Origin: Candidatus Poribacteria bacterium
GTDB taxonomy: Bacteria; Poribacteria; WGA-4E; WGA-3G
Assembly: GCA_965205025.1 (NCBI GenBank)
Contig: CBDBFU010000030.1
Span: 1 to 64,000, forward strand
Length of the DNA stretch: 64,000 nt
Direction: 5' to 3'
The notes below the pieces were generated by a model that saw nothing but the letters and a program-made list of their open reading frames with translations, made no database searches and was not told where the DNA came from. This document shows positions 39,614-50,087 of the stretch, in pieces. How positions within the stretch are numbered: the stretch's first letter is position 1; the number at the start of each line of letters is the position of its first letter. Both the position numbers and the translations under genes were made by a program.

Positions 39614-42600
39614 TCACTTAATCACTGCTATTTTACCAACTTTTATCTGTGCTTCAAATTCCAGGATATAGATGTAAATACCTGTAGCAATATCACCGAT
39701 ACTACCATTTGTTAACCACCATTCTTTACTGTTGCCATCACTTTCAGAAACATGTAACTCTTCCATAAGTTCCCCTTTTGGCGTGTATAGTTGGATCCGT
39801 GTCCCGATCGGTACTTTATCAAATGTAATAGCACCTTTATCGGAAACGTGGGGTTGGATTGGATTTGGATAAACGCGTAGATCAGAAAGATTGGTGATAT
39901 TCACCTCATCAATAATTCGTTGTATCTCAACGAGTTTTGTGCTATCCCTAATCGAATTTTCATCTATATCCGCTAAGTTAGTTACAACAATCTCATATTG
40001 ATTGGTTGGATCGGCAATAAATGATCGTAATTGTTCAGTATCAAATGCTAATAATACCCGTGTTCCCATTCTGTCACGTATTGCAGACACAGGCAGTAAG
40101 CCACCTAACTGTTTTTCAAGCCGCAAATTATATCTTCGTTCATCACTAATTGTTGTATCCATCCTTCGATCAAAGGTGACAACAATCCAATTTGGTTGTT
40201 GGTATGTAGCACTAAGAATTTTTGGTGCTGTACGTGGTGTTGCTGAAACTGATTCAGAACGTCTTGTCTCAATCCCTTTTTCATTCTTTGCTGTCACTGC
40301 ATACCAGTAAGTAGTATCTATTTCGACAGATCTATCCAAATATCTGGGTGTAGATAGATCCATTGCAATAGCCTTATACTCAGTATCGAGTGGTTTTTCC
40401 TGTTTATCTCCGTTTGCACGATAAATAGTGAAAATGCTCTGGACATTAGGATTTTCTACCGATTCCCATGTAATCTGCACTGCTCTTGATGTTATCGGTT
40501 TTGCAGATAGATCCCAAGGTATTAGTGATGCAACTGAGTTTTTGTTTTTTGCAAGTGAAGATTCTATATAACCAAGTCCATCTTCAAGATTAACATAGAA
40601 TTCGTGAAAACCATTATCGTCCATGTCAGGAGTAAGGAGAGTGGGTGTTTCCGATACTTTTTTATGAAATACTGGTATGAAAGTATTTCCATTCCACTGC
40701 ATTATGTATAGGTTTGGATTCGTAATAACAATCAACTCATTGGTTTGGTCCCCATCCACTTCAGCTATTCCCATACTATTTCCGTTGAGACGATAGGGTG
40801 CAATGTTCTGTTCCCATAGTTTCCTATATTTCCCTGATATGAAGGTGTAAACAACAAATTTCCATATAGGTGAAGCAGCAGTAATATCAGGATGAGAAAT
40901 TGTACCTCCAACCACTAATTCTGGTTTCCCATCACCCGTTAAGTCTCCTGAGATTAGCTGTCTTACAACATCAATATCGGTTTTGACAGTTAGTTCTAAC
41001 CGAAAATTATCGTTAGTAGTGGCAGTATAGAAAAAGAGTTCACCTTCACTATCTCCAACAACGATGTTGTTCTTCCCATTACTGTTGAAATCGTCAATGA
41101 CAATATCTGATGCATATATATTCTTTCCATCGGTTTCATTAATTAACGCTGCTGACCTATTAAACAGATTATTCCCTCTATTTTCAAAGATAAGGATGCG
41201 GTTATTGCTATTATCAATCCCAACAATTTCCTTATGTCCATCACCATCAAGATCATCAATTTTACCACCAGAAATAAAAGGTGTCTCCCATATTATTTGG
41301 GTGGGAAAACCTTCAGGTTCACGGTTTTCTATCAAGAAAGTACGATCATGATCATAAGCAAGTATTTCGAGTAAACCATCGTTATCAGAATCTTCCACTG
41401 TTGTTGGTACGAAAGTTTCTATATCAATATTTGGATTTAGTCCACTTGTTGTGTCAACTATGTCAACAATATCTGTGAGACTATGTACAAGATTATATCT
41501 TCCATTCGGTGCACGTTCATAGATAACAAGACTTGTAGTAGGGGAGAGATCGGTAGAGATATCGAAAAGGGATGTACCAATGAATTCTAATAACCCATTC
41601 TTATCAAAATCGACAACAACATCAGCAAGATGGAGTAAGGGAATACTGAGATTTCTTTCAATATATCCATTTGGAGAGATTAAATGTCCCATAACATCGA
41701 CGGTATAGTATTTTCCGTCATTGTTATCAACTGTATTTAATCCAACGGTATTTCGTGCAGAAAAATAGAATTGATATTGTCCTTGTTCCAGTGCGAGTGA
41801 GAACAAATGCTCCTTCCCAATTTCATTCTCTTCAATCGATGCAAAAGGTGTGATATTTCCAACCCGACGATAGAAGACCTTGTTTCGTGTGACATCATCT
41901 GTTATCCAACTTAAGATAGTCGTAGAACCATCCTGATATATCGCTTCAGTCACATTAATTGAGTCTATTTTGGGTGGTGTGCGGTCAACTGTTAAAACGA
42001 CTTGATCGTGAGTTTCACTACCATCTCTATCTGTAACAACCAGACGAACAGTATACACATCCTCTGGAATATTTGTTGTATCCCATTCAATTAATTTCTC
42101 ATCCATTTTTTGTGTGGTAATTACATCAGTAAACGGTATGAAAGTTGTAGGAACAGAAGAACTACCATAAAACATCTGCCAAGATTCGAATTTATACCCT
42201 CCTGCAGTGCCGTTAAATGGTATTGATGTGGATCCACCACTATTAGTTTGTGGGGACTGGATTCTCGCTTGAAGAACACCACTTGCCAACAGTGCGCGTT
42301 GTCCATTAACTGTACCTGCACCAGCGAGCGTTGTATCTGGTTCATCACTATCCTTTTCAAAGACAAGATCGGTTGTATTTATGAGTATATGCCTTATTTC
42401 TTCATGCGTGAGTGCTGGACGTTTTGCTTTCATCAATGCAGCGATACCCGTAATATGTGGGGCTGCCATTGAAGTTCCGGTAAGTATTCGATACTTGTTG
42501 CCAATTTGTGTACTAAGGATTGCATTTCCCGGTGCTGCTATATCAATGGAAGCCCCATGGTTCGATTTATAGTATCTTTGTCTGTGTTGGGTTGTTGAGG

Positions 42601-43645
42601 CAACTGAGATAACTTTACGGTATCCCGCTGGAAATATACTCGTTGCTTCACCATCATTACCAGCGGCACCAATTAACAAGACACCCCTATTATGGGCATA
42701 TTCAATAGCTTCTTCTATAACAAAGGAATGTTGGGAACTTCCCCAACTCATATTGATAATACTTGCACCGTTATCGACAGCGTAGACGATCGCTGCGGCT
42801 GAATCATCATCTTGCATCCGTGAACTCCCACCAAGTGAGAGACCAGCACGTACTGCCATGAGTGGTGAATTCCAAGCGACACCCGCAATACCAATACCGT
42901 TATTTGGCATTGCTCCTGCTATTCCGGCAACATGCGTTCCGTGTCCAGATTCATCAATGGGTTCATTATCTCCTTCCAAAAAATCCCCTTCCGCTTCAAG
43001 ATTTGGGGCATCTGTAAAATCCCAACCATGCATATCATCAATATACCCATTTCCATCATCATCTAATCCGTTATCAGGAATTTCGTCAGAATTAACCCAT
43101 ATTTTCTGTGAAAGATCGTCATGTCTATAATCAATTCCAGAATCAATAATGGCAATAACTACCTCGCGACTCCCTTTCTCTATTTCCCACGCTTGTGGCA
43201 TATTAATTAACGGTAAGCTCCATTGTTCTTCATACTTTGGATCATTTGGCACTATTCCTTCGACTAAAGTTGGACGGAGATAATTATAGGATACCTTCTC
43301 AATAAGTTCACTGACTTCAAAGGAAGTCTTGAGTGCCACCAAATCTACCTGTAGAGAGAATCGTAGGAGATATGTTCTTGAGATGTTTGAATTATCATCT
43401 GATGGATTGAAGGAGCTACGAAATACAGGTTTGTAGGATTCTACATTATGTAATCTGAATAATGCAGCAGCATTAGATTTTGATTGTAGACTTTGGAGAT
43501 CATCATAAGCATTAGGGGTTAGAAGAATCAATAACTCGCCAGGTGTAATGTCTGGGATAGCAGCATTAACAAGTGGAAAGTAGTTTATGCTTAAAATTAC
43601 TAAAAGCAGAATATAGAGTTTTTTGTTGAACGATGTTTGAATCAT
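39614..43645 (-). CDS. Large secreted S8 subtilase with FG-GAP repeats, Fn3/Ig-like domains and a T9SS-like C-terminal domain
   Basis: IIDSG, HGTHVAG, GTSMAAP triad; DxDxDG repeats; ends LRVYPNP...GIYIYILE...KIAVIK. Confidence 0.9.
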   Translation of the reverse strand: MIQTSFNKKLYILLLVILSINYFPLVNAAIPDITPGELLILLTPNAYDDLQSLQSKSNAAALFRLHNVESYKPVFRSSFNPSDDNSNISRTYLLRFSLQVDLVALKTSFEVSELIEKVSYNYLRPTLVEGIVPNDPKYEEQWSLPLINMPQAWEIEKGSREVVIAIIDSGIDYRHDDLSQKIWVNSDEIPDNGLDDDGNGYIDDMHGWDFTDAPNLEAEGDFLEGDNEPIDESGHGTHVAGIAGAMPNNGIGIAGVAWNSPLMAVRAGLSLGGSSRMQDDDSAAAIVYAVDNGASIINMSWGSSQHSFVIEEAIEYAHNRGVLLIGAAGNDGEATSIFPAGYRKVISVASTTQHRQRYYKSNHGASIDIAAPGNAILSTQIGNKYRILTGTSMAAPHITGIAALMKAKRPALTHEEIRHILINTTDLVFEKDSDEPDTTLAGAGTVNGQRALLASGVLQARIQSPQTNSGGSTSIPFNGTAGGYKFESWQMFYGSSSVPTTFIPFTDVITTQKMDEKLIEWDTTNIPEDVYTVRLVVTDRDGSETHDQVVLTVDRTPPKIDSINVTEAIYQDGSTTILSWITDDVTRNKVFYRRVGNITPFASIEENEIGKEHLFSLALEQGQYQFYFSARNTVGLNTVDNNDGKYYTVDVMGHLISPNGYIERNLSIPLLHLADVVVDFDKNGLLEFIGTSLFDISTDLSPTTSLVIYERAPNGRYNLVHSLTDIVDIVDTTSGLNPNIDIETFVPTTVEDSDNDGLLEILAYDHDRTFLIENREPEGFPTQIIWETPFISGGKIDDLDGDGHKEIVGIDNSNNRILIFENRGNNLFNRSAALINETDGKNIYASDIVIDDFNSNGKNNIVVGDSEGELFFYTATTNDNFRLELTVKTDIDVVRQLISGDLTGDGKPELVVGGTISHPDITAASPIWKFVVYTFISGKYRKLWEQNIAPYRLNGNSMGIAEVDGDQTNELIVITNPNLYIMQWNGNTFIPVFHKKVSETPTLLTPDMDDNGFHEFYVNLEDGLGYIESSLAKNKNSVASLIPWDLSAKPITSRAVQITWESVENPNVQSIFTIYRANGDKQEKPLDTEYKAIAMDLSTPRYLDRSVEIDTTYWYAVTAKNEKGIETRRSESVSATPRTAPKILSATYQQPNWIVVTFDRRMDTTISDERRYNLRLEKQLGGLLPVSAIRDRMGTRVLLAFDTEQLRSFIADPTNQYEIVVTNLADIDENSIRDSTKLVEIQRIIDEVNITNLSDLRVYPNPIQPHVSDKGAITFDKVPIGTRIQLYTPKGELMEELHVSESDGNSKEWWLTNGSIGDIATGIYIYILEFEAQIKVGKIAVIK

Positions 43646-43648
43646 AGG

Positions 43649-44593
43649 CTAATTCTCAGATAAAGATGATTCTGTATGACCATCACCCTTCAATATATTA
43701 ATAACCTTCCCTGTCTGGTCATCTATAATGACGATTGCAAGATTCCCCCAATTATGGTTATAAAAACTCACAGTCCATGCAAAACCTTGAAACCAAGGAT
43801 ATGCATGATAGTTTTTGTATTCTTGTAATAGTGATTTTATCCGTGAATCAGACTTAGCGGTTTGTAGTATGATGTCCGAGTTCTTGTGTGATGCCCTAAT
43901 TTCTGGTTGCTTAAAATGTTGAAGCTTGCCGTAGTTTGCTTCATTAGGTAGAATCCTGTAAGTTTTCTGTGAGAGAATTCGCAGCAGTGTGGCGTGTTTA
44001 AGGTGATTATTCCTTATTTCTTTATATTCGTTTAGACCGTTTGCAATTGGGATTTTCTCATATAGTACTGCGCAAATTTCTGCTGCATGCGCCTCAATTA
44101 GGAGTATTTGTTTTATGTTGTTTTCAGTTTCTGCAATCTCCCGTAGTTCCCTAAAGAAGGTTGCGTATAATCCAAATTTGTAAAACCTGTTTGGATAATG
44201 TGGTAGCCATGTGGAGATGAATTTAGCAATTTTTTCACGTTCTTTTGTAATAAGGTCCTCTGGAGTTATGGATTTCTTCCAAGCCTCTTCAGCTTTATCA
44301 ATATGAAATCTTAGTCTTTCCTGAATTTCACTCGTTTCTTTCTCAGTCCGTTCCACCCATTTATCGAACCCGTTATTCTTATAGTAATCGAGAATAATCT
44401 CATTCATAGGTATTGAAATTAGTGAAATACATTGGGCAGCTGTTTCATGCCAAAGAGCAAGCCTGCCGAAATCTTCTTGTTGTTCGTATAGTCTAATAAA
44501 GGTGTTAGCGTTTGTAGAGCCTTCATAGATAGCACTACAGGGAAAGGTTTGTATGAAAAGAATTGAAACAAACAGTAATAAGTAAAGTCTCAT
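43649..44593 (-). CDS. Secreted hypothetical protein
   Basis: Signal peptide; 314 aa; ATGA-coupled to the upstream gene. Confidence 0.7.
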   Translation of the reverse strand: MRLYLLLFVSILFIQTFPCSAIYEGSTNANTFIRLYEQQEDFGRLALWHETAAQCISLISIPMNEIILDYYKNNGFDKWVERTEKETSEIQERLRFHIDKAEEAWKKSITPEDLITKEREKIAKFISTWLPHYPNRFYKFGLYATFFRELREIAETENNIKQILLIEAHAAEICAVLYEKIPIANGLNEYKEIRNNHLKHATLLRILSQKTYRILPNEANYGKLQHFKQPEIRASHKNSDIILQTAKSDSRIKSLLQEYKNYHAYPWFQGFAWTVSFYNHNWGNLAIVIIDDQTGKVINILKGDGHTESSLSEN

Positions 44594-45612
44594 CTTCTCT
44601 TATCTTTGTCAGGTGTTTTTGTGAGGTATATACGAACTTTTGCGGAAAATGTCTCTTCTGGAGATAGTACGATTATGCCAGCGGGTATACCTTTTTCTTC
44701 TAAATTAATAGCATCTGTTGGGCAGGTATACGGTTCAAAACAGATGGCGTCTCTTCCTGGCGGGGTATAGACAACAAGTTCCCTAAAGACAGAATCTGAT
44801 TCCATAACCATACCATATCCCGTATCCAGATTTTCTATTAGACAACGACTAATTCCGTCCTCCATTATTACACCGGTAAAGACATGATCCAATTTCAGTT
44901 TTCCAAATGGTTGTCCATTTCGCAAGTCCAACTCTCCTGTAACATCCTTTTGTATTCCTGTAGGTACAAGGACATCATCAAGTTCCCAATATCTGTCAGC
45001 GGGAACAGTAATTAGTGCTTTAGAGGCATCTGCTGTACTAGTAAGATTAGTACTAAAGTATGGATGGATACCGAATCCCATCGGCATGTTCCAATTACCA
45101 GTGTTTTCAATTGAAACACCCATCTCAAGGATGGAATTCTTCAGAATATAAGTTATTTCCATGGTGAAGGGGAATGGAAATTGTCGGTGCACATCTGGGA
45201 AATCCTCTGAATCTAATGAACAGACAAGGATTGCCTCGTCTTCATTGGCTTCGTGTTTATCAACATTATATGGAAGATTTAATAAAAGACCGTGTATTGT
45301 TGTTGGGGAATCTGGAGTTTTGTCAAATTGATATGTCTTACCTTCAAACTCCCATTTGCCATTTCGAATTCGGTTTGGAAAAGGAAATAGAATCGGATTT
45401 CCAAATGCAGTCGGACGTTCTTCCAACGTTGGCAAATCTGGCGGTGGATCTATCAAATTGATCCAGTTGCCATTATCACTAACCTTGAAAACGAAACAGT
45501 TATTACCAAGTGAGGGTGCTATTTCTGCAACAGCATTTCTCTCTTCTTGTAAGTAGTATATTTGGAAACCGTCAACTGTTTTATCAATCACTGAATACGT
45601 GGAATGTGCCAT
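44590..45612 (-). CDS. Aldose 1-epimerase family protein
   Basis: PILFPFPNRI, IHG, GIHPYF, ICFEP. Start moved to MAHSTY (45612) to avoid overlap with the ThuA gene. Confidence 0.88.
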   Translation of the reverse strand: MAHSTYSVIDKTVDGFQIYYLQEERNAVAEIAPSLGNNCFVFKVSDNGNWINLIDPPPDLPTLEERPTAFGNPILFPFPNRIRNGKWEFEGKTYQFDKTPDSPTTIHGLLLNLPYNVDKHEANEDEAILVCSLDSEDFPDVHRQFPFPFTMEITYILKNSILEMGVSIENTGNWNMPMGFGIHPYFSTNLTSTADASKALITVPADRYWELDDVLVPTGIQKDVTGELDLRNGQPFGKLKLDHVFTGVIMEDGISRCLIENLDTGYGMVMESDSVFRELVVYTPPGRDAICFEPYTCPTDAINLEEKGIPAGIIVLSPEETFSAKVRIYLTKTPDKDKRR

Positions 45613-45745
45613 AACGAATCCTTTATGTGAGTTAACAAGTAAGAGTAATATAAGAAAAATACAAAGCTTTTCAAGTTGGAATATGTTTGTGAAGAATATA
45701 CTCTGACGAGGTAGAGAGTTAATCAAGAAAATACTAATGTCATCC

Positions 45746-46360
45746 TTAGTTATCTTGGGCACACCATTCAATTCCTTGTTGCAATACTTTTCGGAAGTTC
45801 GGATCAGAATATGTGACATTATCGTGTCCACTTTGTAGACAAAAAATACGAGAGTTGCCGTATTCACGTGACCAACCTATAACATCCATACTGTTCGGAT
45901 GATCTACAGTAAGTAAAATCGTACTATCCTCACCTGCGGACTTCATCAAGTAGGTTTCATCACCCATCTCCCAATTATCAAGACCTTTTGTAATCGGATG
46001 GTTGGGATCTGAGACTTGAACCTGTAATGTTTGTCTTGGTGAGTAGTCGAAATCTCTATCAAGAATCCCACACATATCGGAATAAGATTCCCATTCTGGA
46101 AATGCAAGAATGGCATGATGTAGGATAACCAGCCCTTGTCCACGTTCTGTCAGGCCAAGTATGGCTTCTGCTTGTTCGTCTGTTGGATAGGGTCTGTGGA
46201 AGTTATAGAAGACAACTGTTTCGTATTCTTTCTTATCTGGATCATCAACAAAGACATCCAAATCCTCACGGATAAATTCAATATCTTCCATGCTCCGAAA
46301 TACTGCATCGAAATCCTTCTCACGAAAACCATGTTCCCCAGTAACAATTGCGATTTTCAT
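45746..46360 (-). CDS. ThuA-like (class I GATase-like) domain protein
   Basis: GEH, G.GLVILHH, HPITKGL, DETY, W.REYG..RIF...GHD. Confidence 0.88.
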   Translation of the reverse strand: MKIAIVTGEHGFREKDFDAVFRSMEDIEFIREDLDVFVDDPDKKEYETVVFYNFHRPYPTDEQAEAILGLTERGQGLVILHHAILAFPEWESYSDMCGILDRDFDYSPRQTLQVQVSDPNHPITKGLDNWEMGDETYLMKSAGEDSTILLTVDHPNSMDVIGWSREYGNSRIFCLQSGHDNVTYSDPNFRKVLQQGIEWCAQDN

Positions 46361-46401
46361 TGATCTATCTTCTCCTATAATCTTATGTTATCAGTCTATC
46401 A

Positions 46402-47580
46402 CTAATCTATAATAGATTGGTAAGTTAATACACGGAACTGCGCATGGAACGGTGAATCCCCAATCAACTGTGTCATGAAAATAGCAATTAACTCTTCCAT
46501 AGGATCAATCCAAAATACTGTACTCGCCAAACCTCCCCAACTGTATGTACCAACTGAACCCAAAGTATGTGTATCTGCAAGATCAGTAACAACTGCAAAA
46601 CCAAGTCCGAAACCACAACCTGTCCTTTCCAAAGGTTGCCAGTCATTAGATATATGATTGATCGTTATGATTTCGACTGTTTTTCTTCCAAGTAAACGTA
46701 CACCATCCAATTCACCATCATTGAGCATCATCTGGCAAAATCGGAGATAATCACCCGCAGTTGACAACAGTCCAGCTCCACCTGAGTGATGAAAACTAAG
46801 AGGACCACTTGATACAGGAGCATCTTTAAGTACTTTAATCCCACCATCTTCAGTTGGTTCGTATAGTGTTGCATATCTGTCTGCTTTGTTCTCTGGAACA
46901 GAAAAATCAGTATCAACCATTTCTAAAGGATCAAATATACGTGTTTTAAGGAACTCAGCAAATGGCATTCCTGAGACGACTTCAACAAGATAACCGAGTA
47001 CATCGGTAGACATTCCGTAATTCCAGGCATCTCCAGGTTGATGTAGGAGTGGTATATCACCAAGTTCTTTTGCCATATATTTGAGATCACCACCATAAAA
47101 ATCTGCTTCAGAATATCGTTTATTTATCGGGTGATCCCATTCACCACCATATATCAATCCTGCAGTATGCGTCAGAAGATGTTTTATCGTCATCTCTCGT
47201 TCTGTATCAACAATTGCATCTCCATGGTTTGCATAAGCTTTCATGTCTTTGAATTCAGGAATAAATTCAGATACAGGGGAGTTGAGTTGAAAAAGTCCTT
47301 CCTCAAATAGCATCATAACTGCAACACTGGTAATAGGTTTCGTCATAGAATAGATGCGGAAGATTGTATCAAATTCAATAGGTTTTTCAGATGCAATATC
47401 TTGATGACCCACCTTTTCAAAATGGACAAGTCTTCCTTCGCGAGCAATCATCGTTAATGCCCCAGGGATTTTTCCATTATCTATCCATTGTTGCATTACA
47501 GGTTTAATGCGTTCTAACCGCGCTGTGGACATCCCCATGTCTTCTGGAACCGCACGCGGTAATCCTTCATATTCTGCCAT
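46402..47580 (-). CDS. Serine hydrolase (beta-lactamase class C/esterase family)
   Basis: IYSMTK (SxxK), LLTHTAG, WNYG, GGAGL.ST, WGG..ST.FWIDP. Confidence 0.92.
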   Translation of the reverse strand: MAEYEGLPRAVPEDMGMSTARLERIKPVMQQWIDNGKIPGALTMIAREGRLVHFEKVGHQDIASEKPIEFDTIFRIYSMTKPITSVAVMMLFEEGLFQLNSPVSEFIPEFKDMKAYANHGDAIVDTEREMTIKHLLTHTAGLIYGGEWDHPINKRYSEADFYGGDLKYMAKELGDIPLLHQPGDAWNYGMSTDVLGYLVEVVSGMPFAEFLKTRIFDPLEMVDTDFSVPENKADRYATLYEPTEDGGIKVLKDAPVSSGPLSFHHSGGAGLLSTAGDYLRFCQMMLNDGELDGVRLLGRKTVEIITINHISNDWQPLERTGCGFGLGFAVVTDLADTHTLGSVGTYSWGGLASTVFWIDPMEELIAIFMTQLIGDSPFHAQFRVLTYQSIID

Positions 47581-47614
47581 ATAATCTCCTAAGTAAGTGG
47601 TTGTAATCTGTAAA

Positions 47615-48820
47615 TTATTCTGTAAGTGCTTGATAGGTTAACACTTTAAATTTCTGATGAATTGGATACCTGTTATTCATTAATTGGGTCATCAGCAATG
47701 CTATCAAATCCTCTTCAGGATCAACCCAAAATGTGGTGGCTGCTGCACCACTCCATCCGTAATTTCCTACGGAATCGAGTGTGTTTGGAGGATCTTTCCG
47801 TGTAACAACTGAAAAACCAAGTCCAAACCAATTGTCGTGGTGAGGATACCGCATCAGTTCAACTGTTTTCTTCCCTAAAATGCGTACACCATCCAATTCA
47901 CCACCGTTTAGTAGCATCTGCGCAAATCGCATATAATCTCCTGCAGTTGAGACAAGGCCACCACCACCAGATGGGAAAAAACTAACATCATCTTTCGCAA
48001 GTGGGGCTTCTCCGACACGATCCAGTCCATTTTCGTTGTTAGGTCTGTATAAAGCAGCAAATCTATCTACTTTTTCACTTGGTACAGAAAATCCTGTATC
48101 TGTCATTCCAAGTGGTCCAAATAGACGTGACTGGAGGAAGTCCTCAAATGGCATACCTGAAACTACCTCAACAAGATAACCCAGTACATCGGTGGATACT
48201 CCGTAAGTCCATTTTTCACCCGGTTTCATGTACCAATGGTATTTCACTGAGTTTTTTTACCATGTCTGAAAGTGTTGAACCACTGGCAAGGACTTTCAAT
48301 TCTCTATAACGTTTATCGACAGGTTTGCCTCCCCACCCGTATGTAAAACCGGCGGTGTGCATAAGAAGGTGTTTTATCTTGATATCTTTTTTTGGCATCA
48401 AGGATTTCAGTTTGATCACCATTATAGACCTTCATGTTTTTGAATTCAGGAATGAATCTTGAGACAGATGTGCCGAGTTGAAAGTGTCCCTCTTCATAGA
48501 GCATCATCACAGCAACACTTGTAATCGGTTTTGACATGGAATAGATACGGAATATCGTACCTGCTTCAACAGGTTTGGCATTCTCAACATCTCTCATACC
48601 AATGGGTTCAAAATGGACTATTTTACCTTTTCTTGCGACAACAGTAAGGAATCCTGGCAAGTTGCCATTATCAACATAACTCTGCATTACAGGACCGATC
48701 CGATCAATACGTTCAGAAGATACACCGACCGTCTCCGGTACTGCCAATGGAAGTCCCTTGTCCAAGTGCGAATGTTGTTATACTAAATAAAAATAAAATC
48801 AGAAAAACTAATCGTTTCAA
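47615..48820 (-). pseudogene. Second serine hydrolase, broken by three +1 homopolymer frameshifts
   Basis: AAGGAG plus TTG at 48820 and signal peptide; fragments carry SMSK, LLMHTAG, WTYG in different frames; extra bases near 48757, 48390 and 48224. Confidence 0.85.
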
Positions 48821-48847
48821 TCTTTTCTCCTTAAATATTTAGATATA

Positions 48848-49648
48848 CTACTTCATGTGTTTTAAATAACCCCATCGTGTAGCAAGTTTTCCGTGGGGAT
48901 CAACGCTGAGTATTTGTGCTAAACCTACATCCTTAGCTTCTTTTATCTCCGCTTGAGAACGTGCAACATCGGATATACGTATTTCTTCTATTAAACCCTT
49001 TAATCCGTTGGCATTATCAATATTTGGTACACCGATTGTAATTGGGTCATCACTTTGAAATGAGGCTTCGTTTGCTTGTTCAGATTCCAATTCTCCATCT
49101 ACATATACACGTCCCTTTTCTCCATCAAAGGTAAAGGCAAGATGATGCCACTTATTATCTGTGATCTGTGTGGTGCCATTTATATTGAATGCACACCCAC
49201 CATTTGCCCCGATCTGTGCGTGGAGGACTTTCTGATTGACTTCTACCCATATACCGTAGTTTCGATTTGTGCAACCTGCTTGTTGTTTACAAACAATCCC
49301 TTGCCATTTTCCTGTTGCTTCTGTTACCTTTACCCAAGCTTCAATACTAAGGGTTTCTAATTCAAGCTTTTTGGAAGAGTTGACCACAATGTACCCTCCC
49401 TTGTCTCCAGGGAATTGTAGTGCTGTTCCAATCCTACCCTTAACCCATTTAAGCGTTCCGATTATTTCACCATCGTGTCCGTTTCCAGAGTCATCTCTTA
49501 CTTTTTTTCCACCACCCTCTTCAAAGAGCCATACCGCCATGGTGTTTTTGTCAACTCCTGCCTCTGTCTGAAGAGATAAATATAAGGTCAATATTAGAAC
49601 AATAACATACTGTGGGATATAGATATATCGTTGGTAGATGTGATGCAT
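48848..49648 (-). CDS. Secreted LamG/ConA-like protein with C-terminal WG.LK motif
   Basis: WLFEEG.G..V.D.SGNG, SIEAWVK, WHHLAFTFDG...YVDG, GLIEEIRIS; ends VDPHGKLATRWGYLKHMK. Confidence 0.88.
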   Translation of the reverse strand: MHHIYQRYIYIPQYVIVLILTLYLSLQTEAGVDKNTMAVWLFEEGGGKKVRDDSGNGHDGEIIGTLKWVKGRIGTALQFPGDKGGYIVVNSSKKLELETLSIEAWVKVTEATGKWQGIVCKQQAGCTNRNYGIWVEVNQKVLHAQIGANGGCAFNINGTTQITDNKWHHLAFTFDGEKGRVYVDGELESEQANEASFQSDDPITIGVPNIDNANGLKGLIEEIRISDVARSQAEIKEAKDVGLAQILSVDPHGKLATRWGYLKHMK

Positions 49649-49923
49649 GTTTTCCCCTTACATTGTCTGTTTTGGCATTATAAACCTGTTTCAGGATTTC
49701 CTATTGATAGCACATAATTTCATTACAAGTCAACAAAGATAGTTAGCAACTACGTTAGGCATATTATCAGAAAATGTGGTTAATGTCAATTTTGGCTTTT
49801 ACACATTTTTACTTTCGATTTAGCATTACTATTTGACAATATATTCTTCAAAGCATTCAATACAAAATAACATATAGCTTCAGAACAACTCTATACATAT
49901 ATCTTAGTTCACAGATAAAATCG

Positions 49924-49952
49924 TTGACATCATCATATAGATTCTATACAAT
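49924..49952 (+). promoter_or_regulatory. Sigma70-type promoter
   Basis: TTGACA-N17-TACAAT upstream of the CDS at 50088. Confidence 0.65.
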
Positions 49953-50087
49953 TCTCAAAAGAAATAAACTCATGACATGAAATGAATGTTGCATTAGATT
50001 AGGTGTTTCTTGAGTTTGTGAGATATTTAAGAATGTTCGAAACTGAGAACCTTAAAAACGTATGTAGTATTGCCTAAGGAGGCATCA

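Noticed and set aside
45613-45867. N-terminal extension of the aldose epimerase in the ORF track
   Set aside because: It overlaps the ThuA gene; a better ATG with AAGGA lies at 45612.
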